A DNA stretch of 63,957 nucleotides, filler included, from Octopus bimaculoides (GCF_001194135.2; 5 parts of 5 records of this genome joined end to end with filler, not necessarily neighbours in it), one strand, 5' to 3'. Counted from the first letter of the whole stretch, positions 13,470 through 26,874 are shown. Numbers and translations: made by a program. The notes: a model not told the origin generated them from the letters alone.

Positions 13470-14076
13470 CACTGACACAACTACAGGTATGCGTTTGTGA
13501 TGGCGATATAGATAGATACATGATGACGGTGAAAACGACACGGTGGATGTGTGGTAGGCAATTTCGTTGATGCTGTGTAACACAGCAGTGATGAAATAGC
13601 GACATCTCGGCATCATCCAAGAATTTATCATCTGGATAATCGCAACTGTGTGAAACAATGATGAGACTTTGTGTGTGTGTGTGTGGGGGGGGGGGTGTTT
13701 GTGTATGTATGTGTGTATGTATGTGAGTGTGCTTCTGTGTGTGTTATGTATGTACGTGTGTGCGAATGTGTGCGTGGGGAGAAGAGCAAATACAAAGACG
13801 GTGACGACATGAAAAGTGATGGAATTTCTGTGGATTGGTGGCGATGATGATGTTGATGATGATGGCAATGATGTTGACAGTTATGATGTTGATGATGATG
13901 GCGATGATGATTATTATTATCACTATGATGATGGTGGTGATGGTGATGGTTTGTGGAAATGCAAAAAGATGTCACTTTTAAGGGCTGCTCTTTATTTGTT
14001 TTAGTCGTAGTTACGGTGTATTTCAAAACGGATTTAATTATGAAAGAATAAAGCTGGAAGAGACTAGCGTTAGGTT

Positions 14077-14148
<72 letters not shown>

Positions 14149-14150
14149 NN
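13420..14150. repeat. Cluster of (TAC)n, (TG)n-like, (GAT)n and (GA)n simple repeats
   Basis: Read directly; source of the poly-V/S/H ORFs in the track. Confidence 0.9.
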
Positions 14151-14944
14151 NNNNNNNNNNNNNNNNNNNNNNNNNNNNNNNNNNNNNNNNNNNNNNNNNN
14201 NNNNNNNNNTGATGCTTTCCATAATAAAGACGACCGCTTGGATGAAATAAGCATGGAAAGAAAATTTATTTTTCTATCACCCATTTTCACATTATGGAAA
14301 GCATCATTATTATTCTTCAGATGTTCTTCGGCCATCCATTAACAACGTCGTCTTTGGATCTTTACTGTCGCATCTTTTTTCTCTCCCAACTAATTTCCTC
14401 AGTTTCGCTCTCACCTTCTTTTGCTCTCCTCCTCCTCCTCCTCCTCGTTCTCTTGTATTTCTTGCTACCTCACCTTTATGTTAGCAACATTATCTTTCAT
14501 TGTTATTCGTTGTTACTGTGGGAGGAGGAGGAGAACTGCTGGTTATAAGATGACAGAGAAGGGTAAAGATCGTACTAAGCAACGATTACGTTGTTTACGT
14601 TTGACTGTCCCCTTGTGACTGAGTTCATATTACTACGTCATCTACACTGAACTACGTAGGTCTTTTAATATGAGTACCAGTTATAGAAGCAGGCGCTTCG
14701 TTAGAGCATACTCCAGCTAACACACTCTCATACACACATATACGCCCACGCACATAGGCGCCTATGTGCTCATACATACACACACATAGATACACATACA
14801 AAAACGCATCACGTTCAGATTAAAAAATAAGCGTTGTTAACTATATTTAATCTTGCAATCGTCGACGACTAGCTAAAGGAAATGCTTCCTCACAATGCAT
14901 GTTCGTATGCATATTAAATCAATTAATTTGTTAACGAAACGTTT

Positions 14945-14947
14945 ACC

Positions 14948-15020
<73 letters not shown>

Positions 15021-15024
15021 CATC

Positions 15025-15055
<31 letters not shown>

Positions 15056-15056
15056 C
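14945..15056. repeat. (TATC)n microsatellite
   Basis: Read directly; abuts the maT element. Confidence 0.95.
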
Positions 15057-15098
15057 AGTTTTGCTAACTCTGTACAATCTTTGTTTCAGAAAATAATA

Positions 15099-16010
15099 AT
15101 GGCAGACTCACATCTTACACAAGCAATGAAGAGGCATGCTGTTATTGTGGTTATAAAGGCTCAACATAGCGATTTAGAAATATCGCGAGTTACAAAAGTT
15201 GCCAGATCTTTCGTCTACAAAGTTTGTAAGGAGCTAGAGACTGAAGATGGAAACCCATCACCATTATCAAAGTATAAAAAGCATTCTAAACGCTCTAAAA
15301 TCATCAAAACACCTGAATTTATCCAGCAAGACCTTTGATTATAATTACAGAAATTCCATGAGATCAATTGCAAACGATCTCCATATGACAGAAGGAACAG
15401 TCAGAAATGTTGTCCACGAAGACATCAGATATTAATCTTATATGATGAGGAAAGATCAATTCGTCAGAAAAAGCAAATGAAATTCGCTACATCAAATCTA
15501 AAAGTGTCTTAAACAAACTGAAAAATACAGCTGAAGAAGATTTGATTTGGTTTTCCTCAAACGAGAAAAGATTCGACCAAAATTATAAATTTAACAGAAT
15601 AAATGACAGATGGTTATGTGCAGACTCTCCTGAAGTTCCCAGTGTTATGCATATAGAATTTACTGCAGCTGTCATGGTCTTAGGGGTTGTCAGCGTGAAG
15701 GATATGTGATGTCTCCTTACATTTTTCCACAATGTCTTACAGTTAACTCTGCTGCCTACATTGAGTTTTTGAAAATAATCGTTAAACAGTGTATGCAATG
15801 GAAGGTCATATCTGTTTCAGTAAGACTCTGCACTATCACACATGGCACTAGTAACACAGGAAGGGATGGATGAACATTTTCATGATTACATGACCCCTAA
15901 CGTTTGGTCTCCTAATTCCCCAAATCTCAATCCATTGCACTATTACACGTGGAGCGTTATTGAGAGAGAGGTCGATGCACATGCCCATAAGACCAGAGAT
16001 TCTTTGAAAG
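15099..16010 (+). mobile_element. Tc1/mariner DD37D (maT-type) transposase pseudogene
   Basis: MADSHLTQAMKRHAVIV.., SMRSIANDLHMTEGTVRNVVHEDIRY, WFSSNEKRFDQ, NDRWLC, VMVLGVVS, then DSALSHMALVTQ..VWSPNSPNLNPLH(D)YYTWSVIE. There are 37 residues between the second D and the third position, which has decayed to H. Several stops and frameshifts. Confidence 0.88.
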
Positions 16011-16161
16011 CTACCAGCTCTCATTATAATAGTAACAATAATATTACTAGCATTCATAATGATAATAACAATAATGCAGTACTAGGCAGTGGCTTTCATA
16101 GCTTCTCATCTTAACTGATTAGAAGTGTTATCATGTACTCTGTTTTGGTATAAAGATCGGC

Positions 16162-16299
16162 TACAGCGAATATTCTGCTCAATACCAAAGATTTGCTTGA
16201 CAGTTGTTTGACCTTAACCAGTTGAGCATCTCCCCTAGTGGCGGACGATAGGTGCATCTCTGATTACAAAAAGTAGTAGGGGATCATCGTAGCCATGTG
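16162..16299. repeat. Unclassified dispersed repeat, second copy at 39468-39635
   Basis: tacagcgaatattctgctcaatacc..agatttg versus tacagcaaatattccgctcaatact..agatttg; both end in ccatgtg. Confidence 0.7.
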
Positions 16300-16309
16300 T
16301 ATAATAATA

Positions 16310-16311
16310 TT

Positions 16312-16377
<66 letters not shown>

Positions 16378-17012
16378 TATAATTATCATTATTATTATCA
16401 TTATTATTATAAAACTGGCAATCCATTTTTAAAAGAAGTCGAGAATATAGAATGCTGTCAACATTGTCACATTAGACGGGGAATTGGATTCAGGAATCAA
16501 ATAAAAGAACCAATAAACAAGAAAATTCACAGATTTTTAGATTTTAAAAATGCGAAATAATATGTCACGCGATTGCCACTCTCTTAGGTGTTAATCTTCA
16601 ATCCAAGATGGAAACCGTAGTACGTGCACATATTAAACCATATCTGTCTCTGAATAACGCTGCTCGATACAACTTGTAAAAGATATGACGTCTGTTTCAA
16701 AATGATCATATTCTGTAGTATGATAAAGCTACCTTATGCTATGCTGTAGGTAAAACACTCAGCAGAAATCCACGGACACATGTATTTGATACAAAGGTTT
16801 GATCATATAGCCCCCTTTTTTTTTAATTAAAAATATGTGAGGACATATGCTGATTGATTGGTTTCACTAGATACAAATGTATATTTAAATACATAGTAAA
16901 TAAAGGCATAAAAAGTATATTTATAGAAAATGATTCTGAAATAACATTGGCGCTCTGTCATAATTTAAAGAAAGATCTCCTTAACTGTGATCACGCAGGT
17001 AAAATAATAATA

Positions 17013-17061
<49 letters not shown>

Positions 17062-17090
17062 TAATAATAATGATGATAATAATAATTTTA
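16310..17090. repeat. (AAT)n tracts at about 16310-16410 and 17003-17085
   Basis: Read directly. Confidence 0.95.
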
Positions 17091-18783
17091 AAGGGAATGA
17101 AATAGTTACACAAGTAATTTGTGCTTAAATCATTTTGTCGATTGTAGAATGTATTTATAAGCCCATAGAGAAACATATAAAACTAAAGGGGAAACAAATT
17201 AAATATAAGAAGAAGTAACACGGGATAAAATATATATTTATTTCATATTGATGGATGTTGTGATATGCGTTTGCAATGACAGAAGCACACAATTTCAATT
17301 TTCTTTAATTAACTTGTTTCAAGACTAGCTTTTCAGCGAAGGCTTACAACAGATTTTGTGAAAAACCCCCATCAGGAAAAAGGATAACTGTCAAATTGGA
17401 ACGAGGTTTAATTCAAACAACTCATTAATGCATGATTCAGTCATCAAAACAGAAGCATTTCCCTTCAGAAGAATTATCAGTTGGAAACTAAAATGTGTAG
17501 AGGGGGGAAAAATTACACGAAGAAAAAAAAAGAAAAGAAAGAATAAAATAATTAAGATATAAAATATAAAGCAATACTGTTCCGATTATACCTGCTTTTA
17601 GCAATTCTTTAATGGAAAAAATTCCAACAAATATGTTATCAAAATTATCAACCCGACAATAGCTTCCAGTAGTTTGTAAAATAACACCTAACATTTTAAA
17701 CAGAACAAAATAAAAGATAACAATTTATGTTAAGACAATTGAATGTAATCAGGATCTGGAATAAAACAACATTATAATATTAATCAATAATAACGAAATA
17801 TAAAGAGAAATAACACTGAAGCAATAACAATAACAAGAACAAGAATAAAAAAAAAACAAACAAGGAAGAAAAATATATTATTACACGTAATCACCCATAA
17901 AGAGTTCATTTACTGTACATTTTGTCAGAACACACCGCAGGCCTTTCTAATTACATCTTAATAATCTCCGAGGTCTTATGTTACTTACATAAAATCTAAT
18001 CGTTCCATTTTCCCCACCGAATGTCAGTTGTTTTTTTCCACTATACTGATAATTTGCATAATATTAATACACGCACCTGTCAATGTAAGTATATATACAT
18101 ACACACACGCACTCATACACACGCACACACACATACACACATTCTCTCTCTCTCCCTTTCTCTGACGCACGCATATAACCTACCCACATGTATGTATATA
18201 TGTACATATGTATGTGGATCACTGTACCCATTCATATCAGTTCAATAATTTATGCTTCCTGAACAAATTTTGTGTTAGCGTTGTGATTAGCTGTTGTGTT
18301 CCCCCCGGGATTTTAATGTATATAACATACGACTGTTAGGATCGAACTCAGGAATGTGAGTTATCTAATTGCTTGTAAAATATGTAGCCGTCTGAGTTTT
18401 TATGCGTACTCTTATATCAACTCAAGCTTATCATGGCTATTAAATTTATTATCAGGTCAACTGGAACGATGAGTTATAAACGTAAGACATGAGACAATCC
18501 CCTGAAGACCATCCTTCTGGAAATGGTTTACTTATACCACAGCTCACTTAAAATCTAAAATATCGGGACACAACTAGACACGCAAAAAAATAGCCAATTG
18601 TCGTGTTTAGCGCATAGAAAAATAGTTATTCTAGTGAAAAATCAATCTCTTCCAAGTGACGCCGCGATAAATATTCTACCAATTAGACGCGAAATTTCAA
18701 AACACCCGTCAGCTCGTGAGTTGTTTTTCAATATAAGTCATTTATTGTTGATTAACTGCGATTACTCTTTCGATCTTTGTATA

Positions 18784-19007
18784 CAGTAATCTCTGGACTA
18801 TCGCGGGTGTTACGTTCCAAAAACCCCCGCGATAGGTGAAAATCCGCGAAGTAGAAACAGTATTGTACTGTATATATTAAAAAAATTATTTTTATAATTT
18901 GTATATATCCATTTTATTATAAATGAAAACCAACACCGCGGAGAAATCAATGTAAGCTTAAATAATAAACCGCGATAGGTGAACCGCAAAATGGCGAGGG
19001 GTTACGG
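18784..19007. mobile_element. pogo/Tigger-like MITE (224 bp)
   Basis: TA|CAGTAATCTCTGGACTATCGCGG ... CCGCAAAATGGCGAGGGGTTACGG|TA: imperfect TIRs with TA on both flanks; internal ccgcgataggtgaa occurs twice. Confidence 0.8.
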
Positions 19008-19149
19008 TATAACGTAATTTGGTACATTAAGTGTCTTGTGGATTTAATGTAAAGATGTTTTTTCTTGAATAAAAAGGGGACATAGGGATGTTAATGCTGC
19101 AGATCGACTCTGAGTAGAGGTGAGCAGTTACCAAAGTCGAAACAAGGAA

Positions 19150-19640
19150 ACTATGTTGCAAAAGATTCTTAATTTAGAAAACAATATAAATTATGAATGA
19201 CAGAAGCCTGACTGGAAGAATTCTGATATGTCTTGTATACATCTGCTGCCATGTCTGTTATGCTTTTCAACCTCATGAGTTAGCAAGCATAAATACCAAT
19301 AATATCGCTGTAATCAACTATGTTCTCTTTCTCAAAAGAGAATTAATGACCCCCAAGCATATCTCAGAAACCATTAACAAGCATACAGGTAGATTGATCA
19401 GAATAAATAAAGGTTTTCATATCCTGCTCAAATCGACTTTCACCTCCATTATAACGATTTCGACAAAATGTGTACTAATAACTCATAATTACTCCCACGT
19501 AGTTCACTGATAATGCTGGGATTTAGGCTGATGCATTGAGTGAACCAGTAGATTGTTGGGCAAAATATAATGTGTTCATTTGCACTCCTTGCTCTTAATG
19601 TTCCAATTGTACTTTTCTTGTGTATATTCAATTACGTACT
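19150..19640 (-). mobile_element. Very old L1-like RT fragment
   Basis: Minus strand: GTLRARSANEHIIF, ISLNPS..NYELLVHILSK, FIYSDQSTCMLVNGF, INSLLRK, DYSDII. These are weak but colinear matches to L1 RT blocks. Confidence 0.45.
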
Positions 19641-20537
19641 GCTCAACACTAAAGTTGATTAAACCAGCTATACATCACTCAGAAACACGCAGGCCTTAGT
19701 CCTATATTAGAAACCAATATTATTGCCAGTAATATTGGAATATGTAAAGCAGAGGCCTTGCAATATTTGTAACATCTTTCAATGTTCTGATTTGAAATTT
19801 GTGGCTATTAAAATAATTTCTCTCTGGATTGATATCGACAAAAGGTGAGTCACATAGATTTCATGGATGACTTTATTCTCTCAGAAAATGAAAATAAATA
19901 CGATTAAGAAGAAATATTTTGATTTTCCTTCCTATTGTTCATATATCTGAAACGAGTTCAGACTCAGAACCAGTTGTTTAGCACATTAGGCGTGATACAA
20001 TATTTCTTTGTTTTCTAAGCATTTGCGTGTATCTGTAGATGAAAAAAAATAATCCGCAACTAATTTTATAAATCCGTTCCAGTATAAAAGGCATTACTAT
20101 TTTTTAGGCATCCATACTATAGGAGCTAAAATAACCGCAATTCCAGAAGACTTTGATAACATTTGTAAGAGAATAGACAATATGAATTTCTAAAATGTTA
20201 TTCCAACCCCGATTTTCATATCTCTGTATGAATGACCAGCATTTTAGGTGCTTCGCTTTTTATCATTTCACACAGAGACAATTTTTCATTTACATGGATA
20301 GTATATACATCACGTTTACTTACTTCTAAGGCCAACGTCTTCTCTTTTCCGTTGAATCCTGTCTTTCTTTTATTTCACGTAAGCTAAAAGGAATTTATTA
20401 ATAAACTTTAGGATCCTATTCATTTTGTTTTCCTTCTCTTACAATGACGTATGGTGTATTTCTCTATTACATGATCAGCTTACTTCTAAAAATTCCACAA
20501 GGCTTACTATTTTGAAGTATATTAGCTACTGCAGATA

Positions 20538-20758
20538 AGGAGGCAAACTTGCAGAATTAACACAACGGGCAAAATGCTTCGCGATATTTCCTATGAAACT
20601 CTATATTCTGAGTTCAAATTCTCTGTCGATATCAGCTTTGTCTTTCATTCGTTCGGGCTCGATAAAATACGCAGCAGTTTAGCACTGGCGCATATGTAAT
20701 CGATTTTCTCCTTCCCCTCACAATTGTTGGTCGAGTGTCAAAACTTGAAACCATTATT
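20538..20758 (+). mobile_element. SINE, group A
   Basis: ggaggcaaacttgcagaat..gggcaaaatgcttcgcgatattt..ctgagttcaaattc..gctttgtctttcattcgttcgggctcgataaaa..gaaaccattatt. Confidence 0.8.
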
Positions 20759-20789
20759 TAGTGCAGCTATTAATGTGTTTCCTCTGCTT

Positions 20790-21250
20790 TGAATGTTATC
20801 ATCGTCTCTGTATTTCTTTTCTCATTCTCGTTCTGGTTTCTTTTATAACATATTGGGTTATTATCTTGCTGTATTGAAACGCTTTATGTTCCAGAGTCTC
20901 CCAGACTTTATCACAAAATGACATTTACCTTGTTACTGGCGCTAAAATACTATTGTTTTAACGAAATTCGTTCTCCCTAAGTACTCCTTCATTGCGCTGT
21001 CCATGTATTTTGTTTATAATTTAATCCATCTTTCAACCACGAATACTCTTATCTTTCTTTGTATTGCGAGAAATCAGTCACTTAATATAACAATTTTCCC
21101 TTCTCATTTCTCAAACAACCCTTTATATAATATTGCAATTATTCACTTCACTTCTTGAATCTTTGTATGCTCTCAACTTTTATATATACGCCATTGATCT
21201 TAGTAAATGTTCTTTTCAGCTTCCTCTAATAGTTTACTAAATTATTAAAA
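20790..21250 (-). mobile_element. Possible L1 ORF2 C-terminal (zf-RVT-like) relic
   Basis: Minus strand MSFCDKVWETLEHKAFQYSKII resembles CxxC..ETLEH..C; the rest is heavily decayed. Confidence 0.4.
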
Positions 21251-23148
21251 CCTATATTTGACATTTAACAGTCATGCATTCGTTTGCCCTTTTCTAGTGT
21301 ATAATATATGACGATTAGAGCTAAAACAAACTGATACCGAAATGCCTTTTTCATTATCGCCACATGATATTTGACCTCACATGAATTCGATCAGTTTTTG
21401 CCATCACTTATATTCTAAAACGGATTGTAGATAGTTCAATAATGTAAAAATTATGACCACGATGCTACCAGTCTCTAATTTGTTCACTGCAGCGATATTT
21501 GTCTTATCTCCCTCTATAAAAAACACGTCCCGATTTTGTTAATCATGATAGAACAGAACAGTATCTCTTCCGCGCTGAGTAAGGATAATGGAAACATAAG
21601 TCAAGATTCTTGGGTCCCCAGGCCTTTCTATCATAATTTCCTTGTCTGCTGAGAATATGCAATTATGTATGTATGTATGTATGTATGTATGTATGTATGT
21701 ATGTATGTATGTGTGTATGTATGCATGTATGTATATGGATTTCTTTCATGAAGCTGCGTTTTCGTTTGTATCCACATTAGATTTTATATTAATCCATAGT
21801 CATCAATTTATGTACTCTTATTGTCCTATATTCCTTCCTGCTTCTGTTGCGCCCTCTCTGATTGGACAGTGGCGGCATTTGTTCTTCCGTTTTTCATCAT
21901 GAATTGCGTGGTTAATGTGAAGTCTAATTGTCTTCATTAGGCCTTAATATCTGTCATGTTTTGTTAGTATGCGTTAGTATATTATCAGATTATTTCAGTT
22001 TTTAACTTTCTGCCAAAATATGAAACCAATAACGTAGAAAATATCAGTTCGTGCTAATAGAGAAAAATGCCCGGCTATGTATACAAATATGTATTGATTA
22101 CACCTTCCGTCAGAAGATATAAGTCCAGACATTTCTCTATAGGATTAGCAAAATGTGAGAATTGAAAATAAACCAGATTAGTTGTTATGCCTTCCTTGCA
22201 TCTTGCAACAAACATTACATTACAGAGGTTCTCCAATACTGCTGGAAGTTAATAGGGAGTTTACTGTGTATTTTAATGGTGATACTAATGAGTTTAGTAG
22301 ACACAACCATCAGCGCTTTGTAGGGATTAATCATCAATTTTTCAAGGCAGATAATAAATCGAATCAACATTTACTTTTATACTCCCTTTCTCGATAACTT
22401 TGTGAGAGCAATCGATACGCGTGAATCGAATGAATTGATGACGCATCATTCTCTATATGTGGTAACAATGTGTGTAGAGAAAATATATTCTGTATGATAC
22501 TAGAGAACTCCTTAACTATTTTATTTACGTTTGCTTGAAGAATAAAAATACAGAAAAGTTTCATAATCCTTAAAGGTGGAAAATAAGCAAGAGAAAATTA
22601 GTTAATTCACTAAGAATTTATTACTTAGATTTACTTTATTAGAAACTTTTTATAGCTCAGTAAATAAATATTCCGATTTATTTACCTCCGAGAAAAACAG
22701 AAGACACAAGAATTAGCTGAATTAAAAGTAAAAGAAATGAAATTTTATTATGCATTATATACTATTATTAAATGGTATAAATGACAAGGTTTAAAATTAG
22801 ATTCCTGGAATTTTTACACATTGTGCATTATTGGCAAATTCGCATTAACTGGACGGTTTCATAGCTAAACGTATACGTATATTTATAAGTATACGTATAT
22901 TTATAAATAAAATGAAGTAAGAAATATGAGATTGTACGATGTACTTTTTACATTTAGTAGCATACAGTATTCACTCCTTCAAGTATCTTTTTTCGTATCA
23001 AGTGTAAACTCTAATTGTAGTTCTACGTAACAGAAACCTAAGAGAAACTACATACGAATATATCTTCCAAAATAGTTTAACAATATATTTTGTAAGGCAC
23101 AGAGTACACCATATAAATTATGTCTACATATAGGCGCCGGAGTGGCTC

Positions 23149-23310
23149 ATAGGCGCAGGAGTGGCTGTGTGGTAAGTAGTTTGCTTACCAACCACATGGT
23201 CCCGGGTACAGTCCCACTGGGTGGTACCTCGAAAAGTGTCTTCTATTATAGCCTCGGGCAGACCAAACCCATGTGAGTGGATTTGGGAGACGGAAACTGA
23301 AAAAAGCATG
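23149..23310 (+). mobile_element. SINE, group B, 5' half running into (TA)n and a gap
   Basis: ataggcgcaggagtggctgtgtggtaagtagtttgcttaccaaccacatggtcccgggtacagtccc..gtgagtggatttgggagacggaaactgaaa; matches the complete copy at 60140-60566. Confidence 0.9.
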
Positions 23311-23349
<39 letters not shown>

Positions 23350-23790
23350 NNNNNNNNNNNNNNNNNNNNNNNNNNNNNNNNNNNNNNNNNNNNNNNNNNN
23401 NNNNNNNNNNNNNNNNNNNNNNNNNNNNNNNNNNNNNNNNNNNNNNNNNNNNNNNNNNNNNNNNNNNNNNNNNNNNNNNNNNNNNNNNNNNNNNNNNNNN
23501 NNNNNNNNNNNNNNNNNNNNNNNNNNNNNNNNNNNNNNNNNNNNNNNNNNNNNNNNNNNNNNNNNNNNNNNNNNNNNNNNNNNNNNNNNNNNNNNNNNNN
23601 NNNNNNNNNNNNNNNNNNNNNNNNNNNNNNNNNNNNNNNNNNNNNNNNNNNNNNNNNNNNNNNNNNNNNNNNNNNNNNNNNNNNNNNNNNNNNNNNNNNN
23701 NNNNNNNNNNNNNNNNNNNNNNNNNNNNNNNNNNNNNNNNNNNNNNNNNATATACATGCACGTGTATGTGTACGTGTGTGTATGTGTGCA

Positions 23791-23837
<47 letters not shown>

Positions 23838-24573
23838 ATATATGTATGTATATATGTGTATATATGTATGTATATATGTGTATATATACATACACATAGG
23901 CCCACACGCATGTATATATGTATGTATGTATGTATATATATGTATGTATGTATGTATATATGCGCGCCCTCTTTCACATATGAAAATGATTGTTTTCTTG
24001 GGATATCGGTTTTCTTATGAGACGCAAGCTTTGAAATTCTATATAGTGAATTCCTGCCAATTTCAGTACATTTCTACAAATCATTTGGCTGACTCCGCGG
24101 TTTATGGTACTCTTGGGTTTAGATATTGAAGTCTTCCTGTTACGTTCTTGGATATAACGAAATAAAAAAAAAACGCGAACTTTAAATTAATGAAACTCCG
24201 TGAAACAAAGTGTACCAGTGACAACGTTCAGGTATAATAGTAGTACTATTGCACGAAAGTGTGAGAAACTAATCTAATTTGTAGGTTGCATGTTGGAGGA
24301 AATATGCATGTGTCTGCGTATGTATGTGTTTTCATGTGTGTTTTACAAAAAAGACACTTAATAATCTTAAAAATTTTCTTAAAGCAATACAAGAAATGTT
24401 CGTTTTATTTCAATCTGTACATCGAACACTTAAAAAATAAAAAGACATACGAAGATACCTGCATTCCTGATACCCCAACACACTCCTACTCTACCTTCCC
24501 ACTCCACCCCATCCAATTCCTTACACCCACCACCCACCCCTACCCACATACCCCACCCTACCCACATACCCCT

Positions 24574-24673
24574 NNNNNNNNNNNNNNNNNNNNNNNNNNN
24601 NNNNNNNNNNNNNNNNNTTAATTAATTAANNNNNNNNNNNNNNNNNNNNNNNNNNNNNNNNNNNNNNNNNNNN
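24574..24673. other. Artificial scaffold-join spacer
   Basis: N44-TTAATTAATTAA-N44. Confidence 0.95.
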
Positions 24674-24710
<37 letters not shown>

Positions 24711-26152
24711 TATATATATACTATTACTTGCGCGCGCGTATGCGTGTAATTTATTCTGACTCAGAATAAGGCCGATATTTTTTGTATGACTGTGGCTTGT
24801 AGTCATTTAAATCGTTGACTCATGATGTCTCGTCAATTTCGATATGATGACAGCAAAGTTGACTCAGGATTTATTTGAAATTAGAACATAAAGAAACGAA
24901 ACTAAATAATGCAATGAATTTAGTTTTATTTCGTCCTGTTTCTTCCAAATCCCTAATTTTGATTTCTCGAGGAAAAAACTACAGATACAGAACAAGAAGA
25001 TTATGTGACTCTTTTATTCTTTTATTCTTTTACTTGTTTCAGTCTTATAATAATATTATAACTAATATTTCTACCGAGAGACTAGAAAGCATACTGAGAT
25101 TCCTGACATAAGATAATGAAGAATTACTAGTTTTTCGGTAATTTAGAGACAAAAGTGCTTTACTCTCTCCTCTGAAAGATAAATGCCTGAAAACTTTATT
25201 GTATATTATGCGGGAGTCTCCGGAATTTAAGACCCAATCTGGGTACATCTCAGAACACAAATTCAAAAGATGCCTACACCATATCATTCCATCACTATCA
25301 CATGGAAATTAATCTTCAAATATATCTGAAGTTAAAAGGTAAATGAATAATCACAGGTATTAGACAGTAGATTATAGATAAAGCAGCTGCTTTTCCACTC
25401 CAGCCCTTGAAAAAGTATAATACGGCTTTGAAGCTGCGAAAATCTATTCAAATTCCTTCTACTGGTACATGAAAGATAATATATGACATCATATACCACA
25501 TGACTAGCCAAAAATGATGGGTAACGTTTAAACCATTTAAACATTATTCATAATTTCTCAGTCCGTGCAGTACAGCAGAGCGTAAGGTTGATTATACAAA
25601 AGCTTAGATTCATCATCCTGTTTACCAAACACCGCAGACACACACGCACACACACACACACTCAAACATGCGTGTACTCTTCTATCTGTCTATCTCCTTC
25701 CTCTTTCTCCCTCTCTCTTTCTCTCTCTCTCCCTCCCTTTACACACATGCATATACATACGCTAATATCTATTATTTGCTGACAGAGCGATGATGTTTCC
25801 GAGAATACCACGCCGAAGTTTGACGAGGAACTTAAGTTTCACAACACGAGGAACGGTAACACAAACATCACTAATGAAGAATTAGAGGTTCGTTTATGAC
25901 TTTTTTCTTTGTACTTTTCTCTGTACTTTTTCTGGGACTTTTTCAGATACGATATGAAGATTTGACATTGGGTAATAGTAGCATAAACATAAAGAATATT
26001 CCAGTGTGCCAGGTTTCTTACAAAGTCTATATATGTAAACAGATACACACACGTGTCTGCAAGTTTAAAATTCTTACATGCATTCGTACATACACACACA
26101 CACATACATACACACACACACACATACATACATACATACATACATGCATCAG

Positions 26153-26592
26153 ATGAAAGGAATAGTCTATATGAAAGGAATAGTCTATATGAAAAGAATA
26201 GTCTATGCATGGACATGTCAGTAGAAAGCTCCGTGATGATAGTAACATCGATCATCAAAACAGTTTATCATGGACCAATAGCCGGATTACTAACTGCTAC
26301 TTTGAAGGGTAAGCGTTTGCAATCCAGGAACAGGAAATATTAACCAAGTACATGCTGCACAAAAGGGATAGAGAAGCAGGAAAAGCTGTAAAATGTGACA
26401 GCCGATGCAGACTTTGTGGAGTTCACACTGAAGATATCACTCACATCATAAGCAACTGTTCGAAAATGTCATCACGGTATAATCTACCGATGAAATATGA
26501 CGTTGTAGCTAGGACACTATAATGAAATCCGTCGGAAGGATAATCCCGAGGACAAAGAAATAAGAACCCACAATATAGTAGAAGCCATAGTC
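26153..26592 (+). mobile_element. R4/Dong-like (restriction-like endonuclease class) LINE C-terminal fragment
   Basis: MHGHVSRKLRDDSNIDHQNSLSW..FEG*AFAIQEQEILTKYM..CRLCGVHTEDITHIISNCSKMSSRYNLPMKYDVVA: C-x2-C-x8-H-x4-C knuckle followed by an RHD-like KYD, typical of RLE-clade elements. Confidence 0.8.
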
Positions 26593-26874
26593 TATTTATA
26601 ACTAAGTAGACTAATGCATACGAGAGTATCTTCTAAGCTATAAGTGTATTGCTAAACTAGTATTTTAAATTCGAACTGTTGACCATTCGGTTGGCAGCCC
26701 TTTAGTCTATTAGCTGCAGTTTTTCATCAACGAGTGTACGACTTAACTGAAACGTAACTCCGAAATAGTAACTTGCTAACAGTCATATGTTAGTTCTTCA
26801 CCCCATTCAATGTAGTATTTACTTAATTTACTATTCTGTTATGTACATGAACTATTGTGTTTTTTTAAGCAGTT

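Noticed and set aside
13122-14335. 248-aa and 235-aa ORFs rich in V, S, H and HT repeats
   Set aside because: Translations of (TAC)n, (GAT)n, (CA)n and (GA)n microsatellites.
24751-24769. Perfect short palindrome ttattctga-c-tcagaataa containing TGACTCA (AP-1-like)
   Set aside because: A single 9-bp-arm palindrome is plausible by chance in 64 kb of AT-rich DNA.
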